A DNA stretch of 64,000 nucleotides, from contig CAWAHW010000001.1 in assembly GCA_963781885.1 (NCBI GenBank), forward strand, positions 64,001 through 128,000, written 5' to 3'. This document shows, piece by piece, positions 51,286 to 62,360 of this stretch. Origin of the DNA: an uncultured Spirochaetota bacterium. Its GTDB lineage: Bacteria; Spirochaetota; Spirochaetia; SZUA-6; Fen-1364. The notes beneath the pieces are model-generated. The model saw nothing but the letters and a program-made list of their open reading frames with translations, was not told the DNA's origin and ran no database searches. A program made the position numbers and the translations under genes. Position 1 is the stretch's first letter, and every line of letters starts with the position of its first letter.

Positions 51286-52461
51286 TCAGTTACATTTCCT
51301 TGAAGTCTGTTCGACCCAATTCAGGATCACCCGGAGTGACAGGCCCAGGTTGCCGATGTGGCAATGGTTTTGCGCCGACTCTTCGCGGGTGAAAAGCCGC
51401 GCGGTCACCGAGCGCGCATGGGTGAGAGACCTGATCTGGTCATGGAGCTGGCTGACAGGAACATAGTGATCCTCCGCGCCCGCCATCAGCAGGACGTCCT
51501 GGGTGACCATGCGTGCGACGTCACCCGTACGGTAAAGCATGATGCGTCTGAAGAAATCGTAGGGCGTGCGCACACCCATCACGTGCATGCCCTGACGGGC
51601 CCCCCATTCGACAACCCTGCTCTTTTGCATGGCCCTCCCCATGAGCGCGTTCACGACGCCTCGCGCCCCGACGCGAAGCAACAGCTTCATGCTGGCCCTG
51701 ACCAAGGGCCTGGTCTGACCGAGCAAGACAGGGAAGAAGTCCGTGAGTATGTCGTCGGCAACGACACGGCTCACGCGGGACTCATGCGCCGCCGCACGGA
51801 TCGCCAGGCAGCCGCCCAGCGAAAAGCCGATGAGCGTCACATCTTCAAGCTGGAAATAGTCAAGGACGGCCGTGACCGGCTTCTCCCATTCGTGGGTCAT
51901 CGGCAGATGGAAGTCCTCCAGCACGGTGCCCTGACCCGGACCTTCGAAGGCAACGACGTCGTAGCCCTCGTCCCGCAGCAGGAAAAACATGGGAAGCCAT
52001 TCTTCGATGTAACTGTCGAAGCCGCCGAAGATGACGAGCGTGCCCTTGGGGTGGGGCGGGGTTAGGCGAAAAGCTGAAAGCTGAGCAGCCTCGTAGGGGA
52101 TGAGAAAATGCCGGGACTCCTCAAGGCCGCAGAGCTCTTTCATCAGGTCGAGGGCACGGCGGCGGACGGTCTGCTTGTCAGGGTCGTCAACGAAGAGGAA
52201 GAACTCTGCCAGACGGAGATAGTAGGCCGCCTTGAGATTGGCCCCGTCGGCCAGCGAAATTTCCGCCAGGCGGAGTATCTCGCGCTTCAGATCGGCGTAC
52301 GTCGCGATCATCGGCGAAACGCCGCGCATCTCCTCCAGCATCACCGGATCTCCGACCCAATTGTAGAAGCGGTTCATCTGGAAGTTGATGCTCACGTCGT
52401 GATGCAACGCGTGGTATCCGACCGGGAAAGTCGTCCGCGCGCCCCCTTTGACAGTCGTCAT
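51286..52461 (-). CDS. Alpha/beta hydrolase (FrsA/DPP-like)
   Basis: GGFDS, FEGPGQG, GFSLGG, GAEDH, HCH.GN; GAGGAG RBS before ATG 52461. Confidence 0.9.
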   Translation of the reverse strand: MTTVKGGARTTFPVGYHALHHDVSINFQMNRFYNWVGDPVMLEEMRGVSPMIATYADLKREILRLAEISLADGANLKAAYYLRLAEFFLFVDDPDKQTVRRRALDLMKELCGLEESRHFLIPYEAAQLSAFRLTPPHPKGTLVIFGGFDSYIEEWLPMFFLLRDEGYDVVAFEGPGQGTVLEDFHLPMTHEWEKPVTAVLDYFQLEDVTLIGFSLGGCLAIRAAAHESRVSRVVADDILTDFFPVLLGQTRPLVRASMKLLLRVGARGVVNALMGRAMQKSRVVEWGARQGMHVMGVRTPYDFFRRIMLYRTGDVARMVTQDVLLMAGAEDHYVPVSQLHDQIRSLTHARSVTARLFTREESAQNHCHIGNLGLSLRVILNWVEQTSRKCN

Positions 52462-52473
52462 GTGCTCCTCCTC

Positions 52474-52546
52474 TAACGCAATTAAATTTGCATTAATACC
52501 ATACACCGGTTTCGTTATTAAAGCAAATATATTTGCTTTAATAACG
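52474..52546. promoter_or_regulatory. Two related palindromic operators between divergent hydrolase and tetR genes
   Basis: Perfect 34-bp palindrome CGTTATTAAAGCAAATATATTTGCTTTAATAACG (52513-52546) and imperfect TAACGCAATTAAATTTGCATTA (52474-52495). Confidence 0.85.
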
Positions 52547-52566
52547 TCTTGGCGTATACTGGAGCC

Positions 52567-53169
52567 ATGAGGAAAACAAAGGCGTCGGAAGTCGGCAGTG
52601 ACAGAAAGCGTCGGCTCGGCGGACGCAGCCAGCGGGTGCAGGCGGCCGTCTTCGCCGCGACGATCGACGTGCTGTTGGAGCGCGGCTACGAGGGTTTCAG
52701 GGTATCGGATGCGGCGGCGCGGGCGGGGGTCAACCCGACCTCTGTCTATCGGCGGTGGGGGACCCGGGAGGCGCTGCTCACAGAGGCCCTCTTGAGCCGG
52801 GTTCGGGAAGAGCTGCCGGTTCCACACACCGGGGCGCTGCGTGCGGACCTCGTTGGGTTCCTCACGAGCCTGGCGGCATTTCTCCAGTCACCGCTTGGAA
52901 CCGCGCTGCTCCAGATCAGCACCATCGGCCTGCACCGTCCGGAGCTCGCCGGCTACCAGCAGGCCTACTGGAGGGAAAGGGCGTCTCTGGTGGAAGAGAT
53001 ATTCGAGCGCGCGCTCATGAGCGGTGAGATCCCGTCTGCCCTGGATGCCACGCTGACCCTGGAGCTTCTGGCCGGGCCGATCTACGTCAGGACGCTCTTT
53101 TCCGGCCAACCGTTTGACCGTCTGGCGGCTGAAAGAATCGTCGATCGCGTGCTCGGCGCGCCGCGATAG
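52567..53169 (+). CDS. TetR/AcrR family regulator (TetR_C_11-like)
   Basis: GGRSQRVQAAV, AARAGVNPTSVYRRWG, PHTGALRADL, LAGPIY.R. Confidence 0.93.
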   Translation: MRKTKASEVGSDRKRRLGGRSQRVQAAVFAATIDVLLERGYEGFRVSDAAARAGVNPTSVYRRWGTREALLTEALLSRVREELPVPHTGALRADLVGFLTSLAAFLQSPLGTALLQISTIGLHRPELAGYQQAYWRERASLVEEIFERALMSGEIPSALDATLTLELLAGPIYVRTLFSGQPFDRLAAERIVDRVLGAPR

Positions 53170-53184
53170 GAAAGAACTTCGCGT

Positions 53185-53353
53185 CGCGGTCGCCGTGCGC
53201 CGCGGTTGCCTCTTCCCGGATGCCGCGCCGCTCGTCCAGCCGGATTCCGCGGACGGTCTTTACCTGTCACCAGATTCTCACCGCGTGCTCGCCCACGCCT
53301 TCGAATTGATCATCCGGGCAAAGGTGGCTGCCCAGCGCCGAGGGTGGCCATGA
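53185..53353 (+). pseudogene. C-terminal remnant of an SGNH/GDSL hydrolase
   Basis: RRGCLFPDAA..V.PDSADGLYLSPDSHRVLA resembles the D-G-x-H block with H replaced by Y; no start or N-terminus. Confidence 0.45.
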
Positions 53354-54299
53354 GGTTTCGGCGGCGGCGTCCCGCAGCAGCGGGAAAAGATCGTCGCAGG
53401 ACACGAGGCTCGCGCGGCCGCGATACGCCTGCGTGCAACGGATCGAGGCCAGCGCGACAAACGGCAGCGTGAACAGCTTCCACCAGCCGCGCCGATCCAC
53501 GAGCGCCTGTCGTATGGCGGTGGAACATGTCTGCACGGGCAGCCCTTCCAGGCGGCGCACGTCGAGGAATGTCGGGATGTCCTTCTCCTCGCCGTCGCGA
53601 CGGAGAAAGACCGCGGACACCCGGTGTCGTCGCCCGTCGCCCGCCGGGAAGCGTGAGATCATTCCTTCCTCGAGCTTCTGAATCGTATCCGGTGCGTGGG
53701 TCGCGGGGTGGAGCCGATGATAGTGGTCGCCTCCCGCGATGTAGAAGGCGTGCAAGGCCTGGCCGGGATTCATATCCAGGATCCTGAAGAGATTTTCCTC
53801 GCCGGATTCGTCGCCGCCGCGCGCAACGGAGGAGTACTCGAACAAGGGATGAAAAAGCTCAAGGACGACCTTTGCGATTGAGTGACGGACATACTCCGGA
53901 GCCATGTCCGGCTTGCGCGCGTCCTGCCCGGGCAATCACGAAGATGACCTTGTCCAGAAGGAGTCGCTCCATGGCGGCAAGCCCGCCGAGCAGGTGCGCC
54001 CAATGGAGCGGATTTGCGGCCGTCGGGAATATCCCGATTCGCAACTCCCGCTCGACGCATGGCACAGGCTCCATGTCCTCGGAATGGCGAAGTCTTGCTC
54101 CCGGCCTGATTTTCCCCTCGGTCACCAGTCGTGCGATCTTGGCAAGAGAGGCGAGGGTGCATTGTTCGAGCCGGGCAAAGTCGCCCGCGCTCCCGATTGC
54201 GCCAAGCGCCCTTTTCATGGAGTGGATGTCGGCTAACACGTTTCGCGCGATCGGGGTGATCAGGGTCCCTTCGTCCAGAAAGTGCCTGCTCTCATACAT
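53267..54299 (-). CDS. Divergent NadD-like nucleotidyltransferase (frameshift near 53935; 3' end uncertain)
   Basis: IGIFPTAANPLHWAHL...LDKVIFVIA | D.RKP...R, YIAGGD, CSTAIR; GGAAGGA RBS before ATG 54299. Confidence 0.65.
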
Positions 54300-54539
54300 T
54301 CCTTCCCATCTTCCTTTCACTGGAGATTCTGGATACAAACCCTGAGCCAACTGACGGATTGCGACCTCCAGCAAGAGAGATTTTAACCTGCTACATATCT
54401 CCTTAATATTCAAGAAAATAGAGTGGAGGCCCTTCATTCGCCCCGGATGCGATCGTGACAGTCGCTCGATTCAGGAGATGCCATTATCCAAAAAGTTGTG
54501 ACTTTGAAAGAAATGGAACACCTTGGGAACAATCCTTCG

Positions 54540-54924
54540 GGAAGGCTGCTTGGCGTCCAAAGGCCCCGCGTCGCTTGCCCCCCGCACGTGCCGGACCTTC
54601 GGCAATTTCAGCCGCTTTGTCCGGCCCGGCTTCCGCCGCATGGAGACGACAGGCCCGGAGAACACGCACGGCCTCCTGGTGTCCGCCTATCGGGATCCCC
54701 AGGCCGGCACGCTGGTTGTCGTGGCGGTCAACAGCGGTCCTTCCGATGTGCCCGTCCACGCCCGGATCCCGGACAGCGAGCAGCCGATTGAGTTCGTGCC
54801 GTGGCTGACCTCGGCCCGATCGGGCGACGACCTTCGCCGCCTGGATCCTGTCGCAACCGACCAGACCTGGATCGTGCCCGGCCCGGTCCGTGGAAACATT
54901 CGTGAGCCGCTAGTAGCTGCCTGA
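54540..54924 (+). pseudogene. C-terminal remnant of a GH30 glycoside hydrolase
   Basis: FGNFSRFVRPG.RR...LLVSAY.DP..G.LVVVAVN...WLTS; the catalytic barrel is absent upstream. Confidence 0.62.
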
Positions 54925-55028
54925 CGCGGCGCCGGGACGTCAATCGAAATGGCAATCAAAGCGATATTGTGCATACTACAGGCATTCCGCTCACGTCCCG
55001 GGTCAGGTCGAAAAAGAGGAGTCGCCGG

Positions 55029-56771
55029 ATGGGCAACGTTGCCAGACAAAGTTTGATGCTCTTCCTGCTCTGCGTCGTCCCCCGCGTGCTGCCCGCGGAA
55101 GATTTTTCCCTTCTCCCGTCAGCCCTTGCAACCACTTTCATGCTTGGCTCAAATCTCTCCGATCTCAACGCCGATTCCATGGTCGCGGTCCGCGGCAACA
55201 CGGTCACGCGCATGACCAACGGTGACTGGTTGGTGGCCGGGATGGAGCGCGGCATCGGCGTCGACCTCCCATTCGACAAGCCAAGCCTTTGTCGCCCTTT
55301 TGCCGCTAGGATCTCCGCGCAGGGACGGATGATCTGGCGGACCTACCTCGGCGACTGGACCCGGAGCGTCCAACAAGATCAAGACCACCGGACAGGGTGG
55401 GCATTCGAAGATCAATCCGGCGCCTTTTTTCTTGCAGGCAGCATGCTTGACTTCAGGTACAGTCATTTCGTCAACTGGATCGCACGGCTGGATGCCAATG
55501 GCATTCTCCTCTGGTCGAAGGATTTCGAGACTGACAAGGGGTTCCTGATCGACTCGGCATGCCTGACTGACAACGGCAACCTCGTTGTCAGCTTCAACGG
55601 GTCAAAGTCCGCTCCTTCCACCATGGACGATCCCACGGAGGTGCTTTGGTTCGTCAACGCGAAGGGGGATGTCGTCGATCGCGCCGTATTTGACGCGGGA
55701 GATCAAGGGGGGCATTACAGGGCCGCCTCTCTCACCCGTGATGGCGACGGAGCTCTCCTCCTCCTCGGAGATTCCACGGACCGTTCCATTGCCGACGCAT
55801 CCCCCGTCATGCATCTTGCGCGTTTCAGCCCGGTGGGGGTCGCCCTGTGGTCGATAGGGCTCGAATTCCCGCAGGGTCACGACGGGAACATCGTCATCAG
55901 GCCTGCGGGATTGCTTGTCGAGGGCGGCTCGTATGTCGCCTATGCGTCGGTAAAAGGGTCGAATTATAGCGGCCTTCTTTTTGCTCGGATCGATAAAAGC
56001 GGCTCGCTCCTTCAGCAGAAAGCTCTTTTCACGTCAGAGGCGGGCTTCGACTTCGAGCGTCTCAGGAAGACGGATCAAGGATACGAGGAGATTGTCTCCC
56101 TGGTCGGGGCTCGCGAAGCCGCTCCCACCTTTGCCATGCTTCAGCTCGACAAGGATTTCAATCTCTTGCACGTCTTGGAATCCGATGGTGGGTTGGCGTG
56201 TGTTACCCTGGCCGTGTTTCCCGACGATGCGTCCACGACGGTGTTCTCCAACATACTGGCAGACAAAGTCCCGGTGGCTGTCCTTGCCAGCACTGTTGAG
56301 GTTTCACGGATGAGGGAGGGGCGCATGACATTCTCGGAAAGCGACGATCTCGGCGAGCGGAATCAAGCATTACGTTTGTACGATGCGGCTCGCTTTTCGA
56401 TACAACTCTGGCAAATGCATCTCACAACAGGCTTTGACAACGCCCTGGGGACGTATCCGCCCGCCCCGCGAAACGACTTGCCCCTTCCGCTTCAATGGCT
56501 GGCAGGCCATTCGTCGCACCCGCCTGACACGCAAATTCTCGCAGCGACGACCATTCGTTCAGGCGTTCCGTTGCATGTCACGCCCAGCGAACAGTCGCAA
56601 ATCATCACGACTCTCGACCAGGGCACGATCGTCCATGTGTTGGACGTTGGATCCATTCCGACCGCGGCCGGTGGGCTCTTGGGCCGTTGGTACAAGGTCC
56701 TGATCACCAACGGCACCAGCGGATGGATCCATGGTCCCTCCCTCGAGATCGAATACGAGGTGAAGCAATGA
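55029..56771 (+). CDS. Secreted beta-propeller-like protein with C-terminal bacterial SH3 domain
   Basis: Signal-like N-terminus; repeated AR(I/L)D..G..(L/I)W blades; C-term GVPLHVTPS..SQIITTL..G..V.VL...WYKV....G.SGWI.G. Confidence 0.72.
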   Translation: MGNVARQSLMLFLLCVVPRVLPAEDFSLLPSALATTFMLGSNLSDLNADSMVAVRGNTVTRMTNGDWLVAGMERGIGVDLPFDKPSLCRPFAARISAQGRMIWRTYLGDWTRSVQQDQDHRTGWAFEDQSGAFFLAGSMLDFRYSHFVNWIARLDANGILLWSKDFETDKGFLIDSACLTDNGNLVVSFNGSKSAPSTMDDPTEVLWFVNAKGDVVDRAVFDAGDQGGHYRAASLTRDGDGALLLLGDSTDRSIADASPVMHLARFSPVGVALWSIGLEFPQGHDGNIVIRPAGLLVEGGSYVAYASVKGSNYSGLLFARIDKSGSLLQQKALFTSEAGFDFERLRKTDQGYEEIVSLVGAREAAPTFAMLQLDKDFNLLHVLESDGGLACVTLAVFPDDASTTVFSNILADKVPVAVLASTVEVSRMREGRMTFSESDDLGERNQALRLYDAARFSIQLWQMHLTTGFDNALGTYPPAPRNDLPLPLQWLAGHSSHPPDTQILAATTIRSGVPLHVTPSEQSQIITTLDQGTIVHVLDVGSIPTAAGGLLGRWYKVLITNGTSGWIHGPSLEIEYEVKQ

Positions 56772-58510
56772 AATCGCCGGCTGTCCTGGTGACGATCTTT
56801 GCCTTCCTTCTGGGCGCAGGGTCGTCGTGGGCGCAATCAGCGCAGAACACGCCGGCTGTCACGGCGTTCTCCCCTTTTGTCATCGGCTCGACCTATGGCA
56901 CTTCGAACGACGTCGCCGTTGTCGTCGATCCAACCGACGCACAAAACCTCCCCAATGGCGACATATTGATCACGGGCAACACGGGCACGGGAGGAATCCC
57001 CTGGACCGCGGGCACGGACTCGGCGTCGTTTCTCATGCGCGTCACAGGGACGGGCGAAATCGTTTGGCAACGATGGCTTCGTCCAATGCGCAATTGGGGA
57101 ATGCTGCGCGCGCAAGCGTTCGCCTTCAGCGCGACCGGAGAAATCTATGTCGCGGGCGTCTGTCATCTCCACCCTACCCTCCACCCCGTGTCAGTGAATC
57201 CCCAATTCGAAGCAGGAATGCACAAGCTCGTGCTGCTGAAATTCTCTGCCGCTGGCTCCCTGCTCTGGCAGGAAGGCTTTCAAGTGACCGCTCCTGACGA
57301 ATTGGTAAGAAGCCTCGTTGTCAACGACAGCGGCGACGTGTGCATCCTGTTCGGACCGGAAGAGAATTATTCGAGGGAATTGTGGAAAGTCGCGGGGGAT
57401 GGTCATGTCCTGTGGCAGCGCACCCTGTTCTCGTCGATGGGATCCATCTACCTGAACTGGCGGTCCATGGCGGTGGATCGGGACGGGTCGGCGACGCTGG
57501 TGGGTGAATGCGACGATTCGTTCAACGGAAACAAAGTGGCGCTGCTGAATGTCGATGCTGCGGGGACCGCAATCAGCTGCAGCTACACCGCAATAAACGT
57601 GGCGCAGAAGGGACCGTTCGCCGTTACGGGGGCTCTTCCGACGCAGCAAGGATTCATGATCTACGGCCTTGTTGCGGAAAAGAGAGCGGAGACTCAACGT
57701 GTCGCGCTGGCCGTTGCGGAAATCAGCCGCGAAGGAAAGCCAATCCGTCAGGGAGCAGTTGCGGTGCCGTCGCGTCATGCGATCGAGGATATCCGGCTTT
57801 TCGCCCATGGCGCAGGGTGGATCGCGAGTTTTTCCACCAGCACACAGCGGACCGTTCTCGCCGACTTCGATGAGAACCTTGTTGCGACAGGCGTCACCCA
57901 GGTCGACTCGCCTTTCATTATCCGGCCTCTCTGCGCCATTCTCTCCTCGACTGGTGACCTCTGGGCTGCATCCGCGGTATGGGTCGATACGGAAATGCCC
58001 TTCGTCTTTTCTTTCGCGGCATTCGATCCTTTCGATGGCATGCGGAGTGAGCCCATGGACCACTCGCTCTTGGACATCGGCGTTGAGCCGCGGGACGGAC
58101 CTGACATGGAGCTCATCCAGTCCGAGTCAACGCTTCCCGGTACCGCTCCTCTTATGGCCTCCGATTCCCCTGTCACGGTCTACCCCGTACGTGCCGGGGA
58201 CGGCGAGTTTGCCGGTTTTCGATGGCTTGCGACACATGACTTCTTTCCCCGGTACGGGGAAGTACTCAGCTGGGCCACCATCAACGATACCCGTGTCCGG
58301 CTTCGCGACGCCCCCGGGCTCGCATCACGAACGATCAAACTTCTGGATAAGGGGATTGGAGTGCACGTCATGGACAGAAGCGCTTTTCCATCGCAGGTGG
58401 ATTCCATGAATGCGCCCTGGTACCACGTTCGGCTCGTGGATGGAACCGAAGGGTGGGTTTACGGCGCTTATGTCACCCTTCATGATGAGGGCGAGGGATC
58501 GGGCGACTGA
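56768..58510 (+). CDS. Paralogous secreted beta-propeller-like protein with C-terminal SH3b domain
   Basis: ATGA-coupled; signal peptide; G.I.WQ blades; NDTRVRLRDAPGL.S..I..L.KG..V...WYHVRL.DGTEGWVYGAYV. Confidence 0.8.
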   Translation: MKSPAVLVTIFAFLLGAGSSWAQSAQNTPAVTAFSPFVIGSTYGTSNDVAVVVDPTDAQNLPNGDILITGNTGTGGIPWTAGTDSASFLMRVTGTGEIVWQRWLRPMRNWGMLRAQAFAFSATGEIYVAGVCHLHPTLHPVSVNPQFEAGMHKLVLLKFSAAGSLLWQEGFQVTAPDELVRSLVVNDSGDVCILFGPEENYSRELWKVAGDGHVLWQRTLFSSMGSIYLNWRSMAVDRDGSATLVGECDDSFNGNKVALLNVDAAGTAISCSYTAINVAQKGPFAVTGALPTQQGFMIYGLVAEKRAETQRVALAVAEISREGKPIRQGAVAVPSRHAIEDIRLFAHGAGWIASFSTSTQRTVLADFDENLVATGVTQVDSPFIIRPLCAILSSTGDLWAASAVWVDTEMPFVFSFAAFDPFDGMRSEPMDHSLLDIGVEPRDGPDMELIQSESTLPGTAPLMASDSPVTVYPVRAGDGEFAGFRWLATHDFFPRYGEVLSWATINDTRVRLRDAPGLASRTIKLLDKGIGVHVMDRSAFPSQVDSMNAPWYHVRLVDGTEGWVYGAYVTLHDEGEGSGD

Positions 58511-58588
58511 CGGGCGTCTTCCCGGCGACCCGTCGAACCAGCCCTTCCGCATCGTCGCCTTCCCGCCTCATCAGGGGCGGCTCATTCC

Positions 58589-60355
58589 CTAGAACAGCCC
58601 CTTCACCCTTCCCGTGTTCACGTCCACGTCGATGTTGCGGAAGGCAGGCTCGGAGGCGGTGCCGGGCATGAGCTTGATGTCCCCTGCCACCGGCACGATG
58701 AAGCCCGCGCCGCGGTACTGGAGGATGTCGCGAATGGGAAGCGTCCAACCCTTCGGCCGGCCCTTGATCGTCGGGTCGTGTGAAAGCGACAGGTGCGTCT
58801 TCACCATGCAGGTGCCCAGCTTTGAAAGCTCGGGGTCAGCCTCGATTGCCTTGAGCTTCTCCTGCGCAACGGGAGTGTAGGAGACGCCGTCGGCGCCGTA
58901 CACCTTCGTGGCGATCAGGCGGATGCGCTCGGAGAGCGGCGTGGAAAGCTCGTAGAGGAACTTGAACTTCGAAGGCTGGCTGCAAGCGTCCACGACGGTC
59001 TCCGCGAGCTCGCGCGCGCCTTCCCCGCCTTTTTCCCAGTGCTTCGAGACGGCAACGCGCGCGCCGCCCTTCTCTGCCGCCTTCTTGATAATGGCGATCT
59101 CGTCCTCGGTGTCCGTGTAGAAGTGGTTGATGCAGACGACGGGCTCGATGCCGGAAAGCTTGATGGTCTGGATGTGGGCAAGAAGATTCTCCAAGCCCTT
59201 CTCCACGAGCCCTACGTTCTTCTCCGTGTACGCCTTGTCCAGCGCCTTGCCCGGGGCGACCTTGGGTCCGCCGCCGTGCATCTTCAGGGCGCGCACGGTG
59301 CAGACAAGCACGGAGCAGTTCGGCGTGAGGCCGCTGAACCGGCACTTCAGGTTCCAGAACTTCTCGAACCCGATGTCCGCGGCAAAGCCGCTCTCCGTCA
59401 CGTGGTAGTCGGCAAGCTTCAGGCCGACACGATCCGCGATGATGGAGGACTGGCCGATGGCGATGTTGGCAAAGGGCCCCGCGTGCACGAGCACAGGCTG
59501 ACCCTCGATGGTCTGCAGGAGGTTGGGATTGATGGCCTTTGCCATGATGGCCGTCATGGCGCCATCCACGCCGAGGTCGTGCGTGGTCACGGGCTTCCCC
59601 GTCTTGCTGTACGCCACGACGATCCTTCCCATGCGCTCCCGCATGTCCTTGAGGTCCGCCGCTACCGCGAGGATGGCCATGATCTCGGAGGAGACGGTGA
59701 TCTGGAAACCGCTCTTCATCATGAAGCCGTCCATGTCCGAGCCCAGGCCGATGATGATCTCGCGCATGGCCTGCGCGCAGAAGTCGATGGCCCATCCCTG
59801 CGCGATGTTGCGCGGGTCGATGTCCAGGCGCTCCAGGCCCCGCTTTGCGAGGCCGGCATCTCCGTAGTTGAACTCGTGCTGCATGCGGGCGGTGAGGGCA
59901 ACCATGGAGAGGTTGTGGGCGTTCGTGATGGCGTCGATGTCGCCGGTGAGCCCGAGGGAGAAATCGCTGAGGGGGATGCACTGCGCAAGACCGCCGCCCG
60001 CCGCGGAGCCCTTGATATTGAATGTCGGCCCGCCGGACGGCTGTCGGATGGCGCCGATCACCTTCTTGCCGATCTTCCCCAGGCCCTCCACGAGACCCAT
60101 CGTGGTCGTGGATTTTCCCTCCCCCAGCGGCGTCGGGGTGATGGCGGTGACCTCGACGTACTTCCCGTCGGGCTTTCCTTTGAGCCGGTTCAGGATGCTC
60201 ATGTAGTCGAGCTTCGCGACGAAGTGCCCGTAGGGCAGGAGCTCCTTGTCCTGGAGCCCCAGCTCCTTCGCGATCTGCGTCACCGGTTTCATGCCTTCCT
60301 CGGCTTCCTCGGCGATCTGCCAATCCTTCATTGACTTCGGGTCGAGCTGTTTCAT
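58589..60355 (-). CDS. fhs: Formate-tetrahydrofolate ligase
   Basis: [76 protein letters not shown]. Confidence 0.97.
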   Translation of the reverse strand: MKQLDPKSMKDWQIAEEAEEGMKPVTQIAKELGLQDKELLPYGHFVAKLDYMSILNRLKGKPDGKYVEVTAITPTPLGEGKSTTTMGLVEGLGKIGKKVIGAIRQPSGGPTFNIKGSAAGGGLAQCIPLSDFSLGLTGDIDAITNAHNLSMVALTARMQHEFNYGDAGLAKRGLERLDIDPRNIAQGWAIDFCAQAMREIIIGLGSDMDGFMMKSGFQITVSSEIMAILAVAADLKDMRERMGRIVVAYSKTGKPVTTHDLGVDGAMTAIMAKAINPNLLQTIEGQPVLVHAGPFANIAIGQSSIIADRVGLKLADYHVTESGFAADIGFEKFWNLKCRFSGLTPNCSVLVCTVRALKMHGGGPKVAPGKALDKAYTEKNVGLVEKGLENLLAHIQTIKLSGIEPVVCINHFYTDTEDEIAIIKKAAEKGGARVAVSKHWEKGGEGARELAETVVDACSQPSKFKFLYELSTPLSERIRLIATKVYGADGVSYTPVAQEKLKAIEADPELSKLGTCMVKTHLSLSHDPTIKGRPKGWTLPIRDILQYRGAGFIVPVAGDIKLMPGTASEPAFRNIDVDVNTGRVKGLF

Positions 60356-60515
60356 CCGTGTTGTCCTTTCGGAAACCGCGCGCTGCGCAGGAGCGTGGCG
60401 ATCCATCCAAAGCCTATCCCCCGTCGGCCTGCCGGTCTTGTACCTGAGTGTACTCTTTTTGTAAAATCCTGCTACATCGCGCCCCACCGACGGGGCGCAG
60501 GGAAAGGAAATAAAA

Positions 60516-62312
60516 ATGGCGCGAACCCTCCCCGCACGCGGCACGATCGAGCAGAAGCATACATGGAACGCGAAGAGCGTCTTCGCCACGCCCGCCGCGT
60601 GGGAAAAGGAGCTTGCGGCGATCCTTGCGGAGATTCCCGGGGTCCGGGCCCACGAGACGCGCATGGCCACAGGCCCTGCCGCGCTTGCCGACGGCCTCCT
60701 TGCCGTCGAGCAGCTCATGGCGCGCATGATGAAGATCATCGTCTACGCCGGCTTCTCCTACAGCGTCGATACGACGGATTCCCCGGCGGCAGCGATGAAC
60801 GACAAGGCGCAGGGCGCCTTCGGGCAGGTGAGCGCCGCCGTGTCGTTCCTCGACCCCCTGCTCCTGGGCATCGGAAGGGACACCGTCAGCCAATGGCTCA
60901 AGAGCGAGCCGCGCCTGGCCGTCTACAAGCATTACCTGGACAATCTCTGGCGCAAGCAGGCGCACGTGCGCTCCGCGGAGGTCGAGGAGCTCCTGGGAAT
61001 GGTCTCCGATCCCTTCTTCGGTCCGGGCAACACGGCGAACATGCTGGTGAATGCCGACATGAGATTCGCCGATGCCCGTGATGAGAACGGAAAAAAATAC
61101 GAGGTGACGCAGGGCAGCCTGTTCAAGATCCTGGAGAATCCCGACAGGGCGCCCCGGCGCGGCGCATGGACGAGCTACATGGAAGGGCACGCGGCGGTTC
61201 GCAACACGCTTGCCGCGACGCTCACCACCTCCATCAAGCAGAACGTGTTCAAGAGCAGGGCGCGGAAGTTCGATTCGGCGCTTGCGGGCGTGCTCGACCC
61301 CGACAATATTCCCACGGACGTCTTTCACAACGCCATTGACGTCTTTCGACGGAAGCTCCCTCTCTGGCACCGCTACTTCGACGTCCGTCGCCGCGTGCTG
61401 CACTTGAAGAGCCTCCACCACTACGACATGTGGGCGCCGCTCACGAAGAAGAAGGTCCGCATCCCCTTTGAGAAGGCGGTGGACCTCATCTGCACCGGGC
61501 TCGCTCCCATGGGCGGCGACTACGTCGCCGCGGTGCGCAAGGGGTGCATGAAGGACCGCTGGGTCGACATTTATCCCAACCGGGGCAAGCGAAGCGGCGC
61601 GTTCTCTTGGGGCACATTCGGCACGCATCCCTTCATCATGATGAGCTATGTCGACGACATCACGAGCCTCAGCACCCTTGCGCACGAGCTGGGCCATTCC
61701 ATGCATTCCCTGTACACCTGGACAGCACAGCCCTTCCTGTATGCGGGCTACTCGACATTCGTCGCGGAGGTGGCGTCCAATTTCCACCAGGCCCTCGTTC
61801 GGGATTCGCTTGTGAAGGGGGAACCGAGCCTGCGCGTCGCGGTCATCGAGGAAGCCATGGCCAACTTCTTCCGCTATTTCTTCATCATGCCGACGCTCGC
61901 GCGCTTCGAGCTCGCGACGCATGAGAGCGTGGAAAAGGGCGAGCCCCTGACAGCCGACGTGATGATGGACCTCATGACCGGGCTCCTTTCCGAGGCATAC
62001 GGCGCCGGCGTCGCCGTCGAGCGGGAACGGGAAGGCCTGCTCTGGGCCACCTTTCCGCACCTCTACGAGGATTACTACGTCTTCCAGTACATGACGGGCA
62101 TCGCGGGAGCACAGGCTCTTGCCGGCCGCGTGCTGCGCGGAGAGCCGAATGCCGTGCCGGCCTATATCCGCTTCATCTCGGCCGGCTCCTCCGACTACCC
62201 CATCGACGTGCTGCGCAAGGCGGGCGTCGACCTGGCGCATCCCGATCCGGTGGAGGAAGCCTTCGACGTCATGGCGGGCTATATCGACCAGCTCGAGGAG
62301 CTTCTGCTCTAG
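60516..62312 (+). CDS. pepF: Oligoendopeptidase F (M3B)
   Basis: [47 protein letters not shown]. Confidence 0.95.
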   Translation: MARTLPARGTIEQKHTWNAKSVFATPAAWEKELAAILAEIPGVRAHETRMATGPAALADGLLAVEQLMARMMKIIVYAGFSYSVDTTDSPAAAMNDKAQGAFGQVSAAVSFLDPLLLGIGRDTVSQWLKSEPRLAVYKHYLDNLWRKQAHVRSAEVEELLGMVSDPFFGPGNTANMLVNADMRFADARDENGKKYEVTQGSLFKILENPDRAPRRGAWTSYMEGHAAVRNTLAATLTTSIKQNVFKSRARKFDSALAGVLDPDNIPTDVFHNAIDVFRRKLPLWHRYFDVRRRVLHLKSLHHYDMWAPLTKKKVRIPFEKAVDLICTGLAPMGGDYVAAVRKGCMKDRWVDIYPNRGKRSGAFSWGTFGTHPFIMMSYVDDITSLSTLAHELGHSMHSLYTWTAQPFLYAGYSTFVAEVASNFHQALVRDSLVKGEPSLRVAVIEEAMANFFRYFFIMPTLARFELATHESVEKGEPLTADVMMDLMTGLLSEAYGAGVAVEREREGLLWATFPHLYEDYYVFQYMTGIAGAQALAGRVLRGEPNAVPAYIRFISAGSSDYPIDVLRKAGVDLAHPDPVEEAFDVMAGYIDQLEELLL

Positions 62313-62360
62313 ACGCGACCCTTGCCATGACGTGCCGCATCCCCTATTCTCCCGTACGGC

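Noticed and set aside
58589-60355. fhs as proof of acetogenesis
   Set aside because: fhs is widespread, and no acsB/cooS or other Wood-Ljungdahl genes are in the window.
60356-60515. THF or ZTP riboswitch upstream of fhs
   Set aside because: I could not match the conserved cores by eye; an Infernal/Rfam scan is needed to decide.
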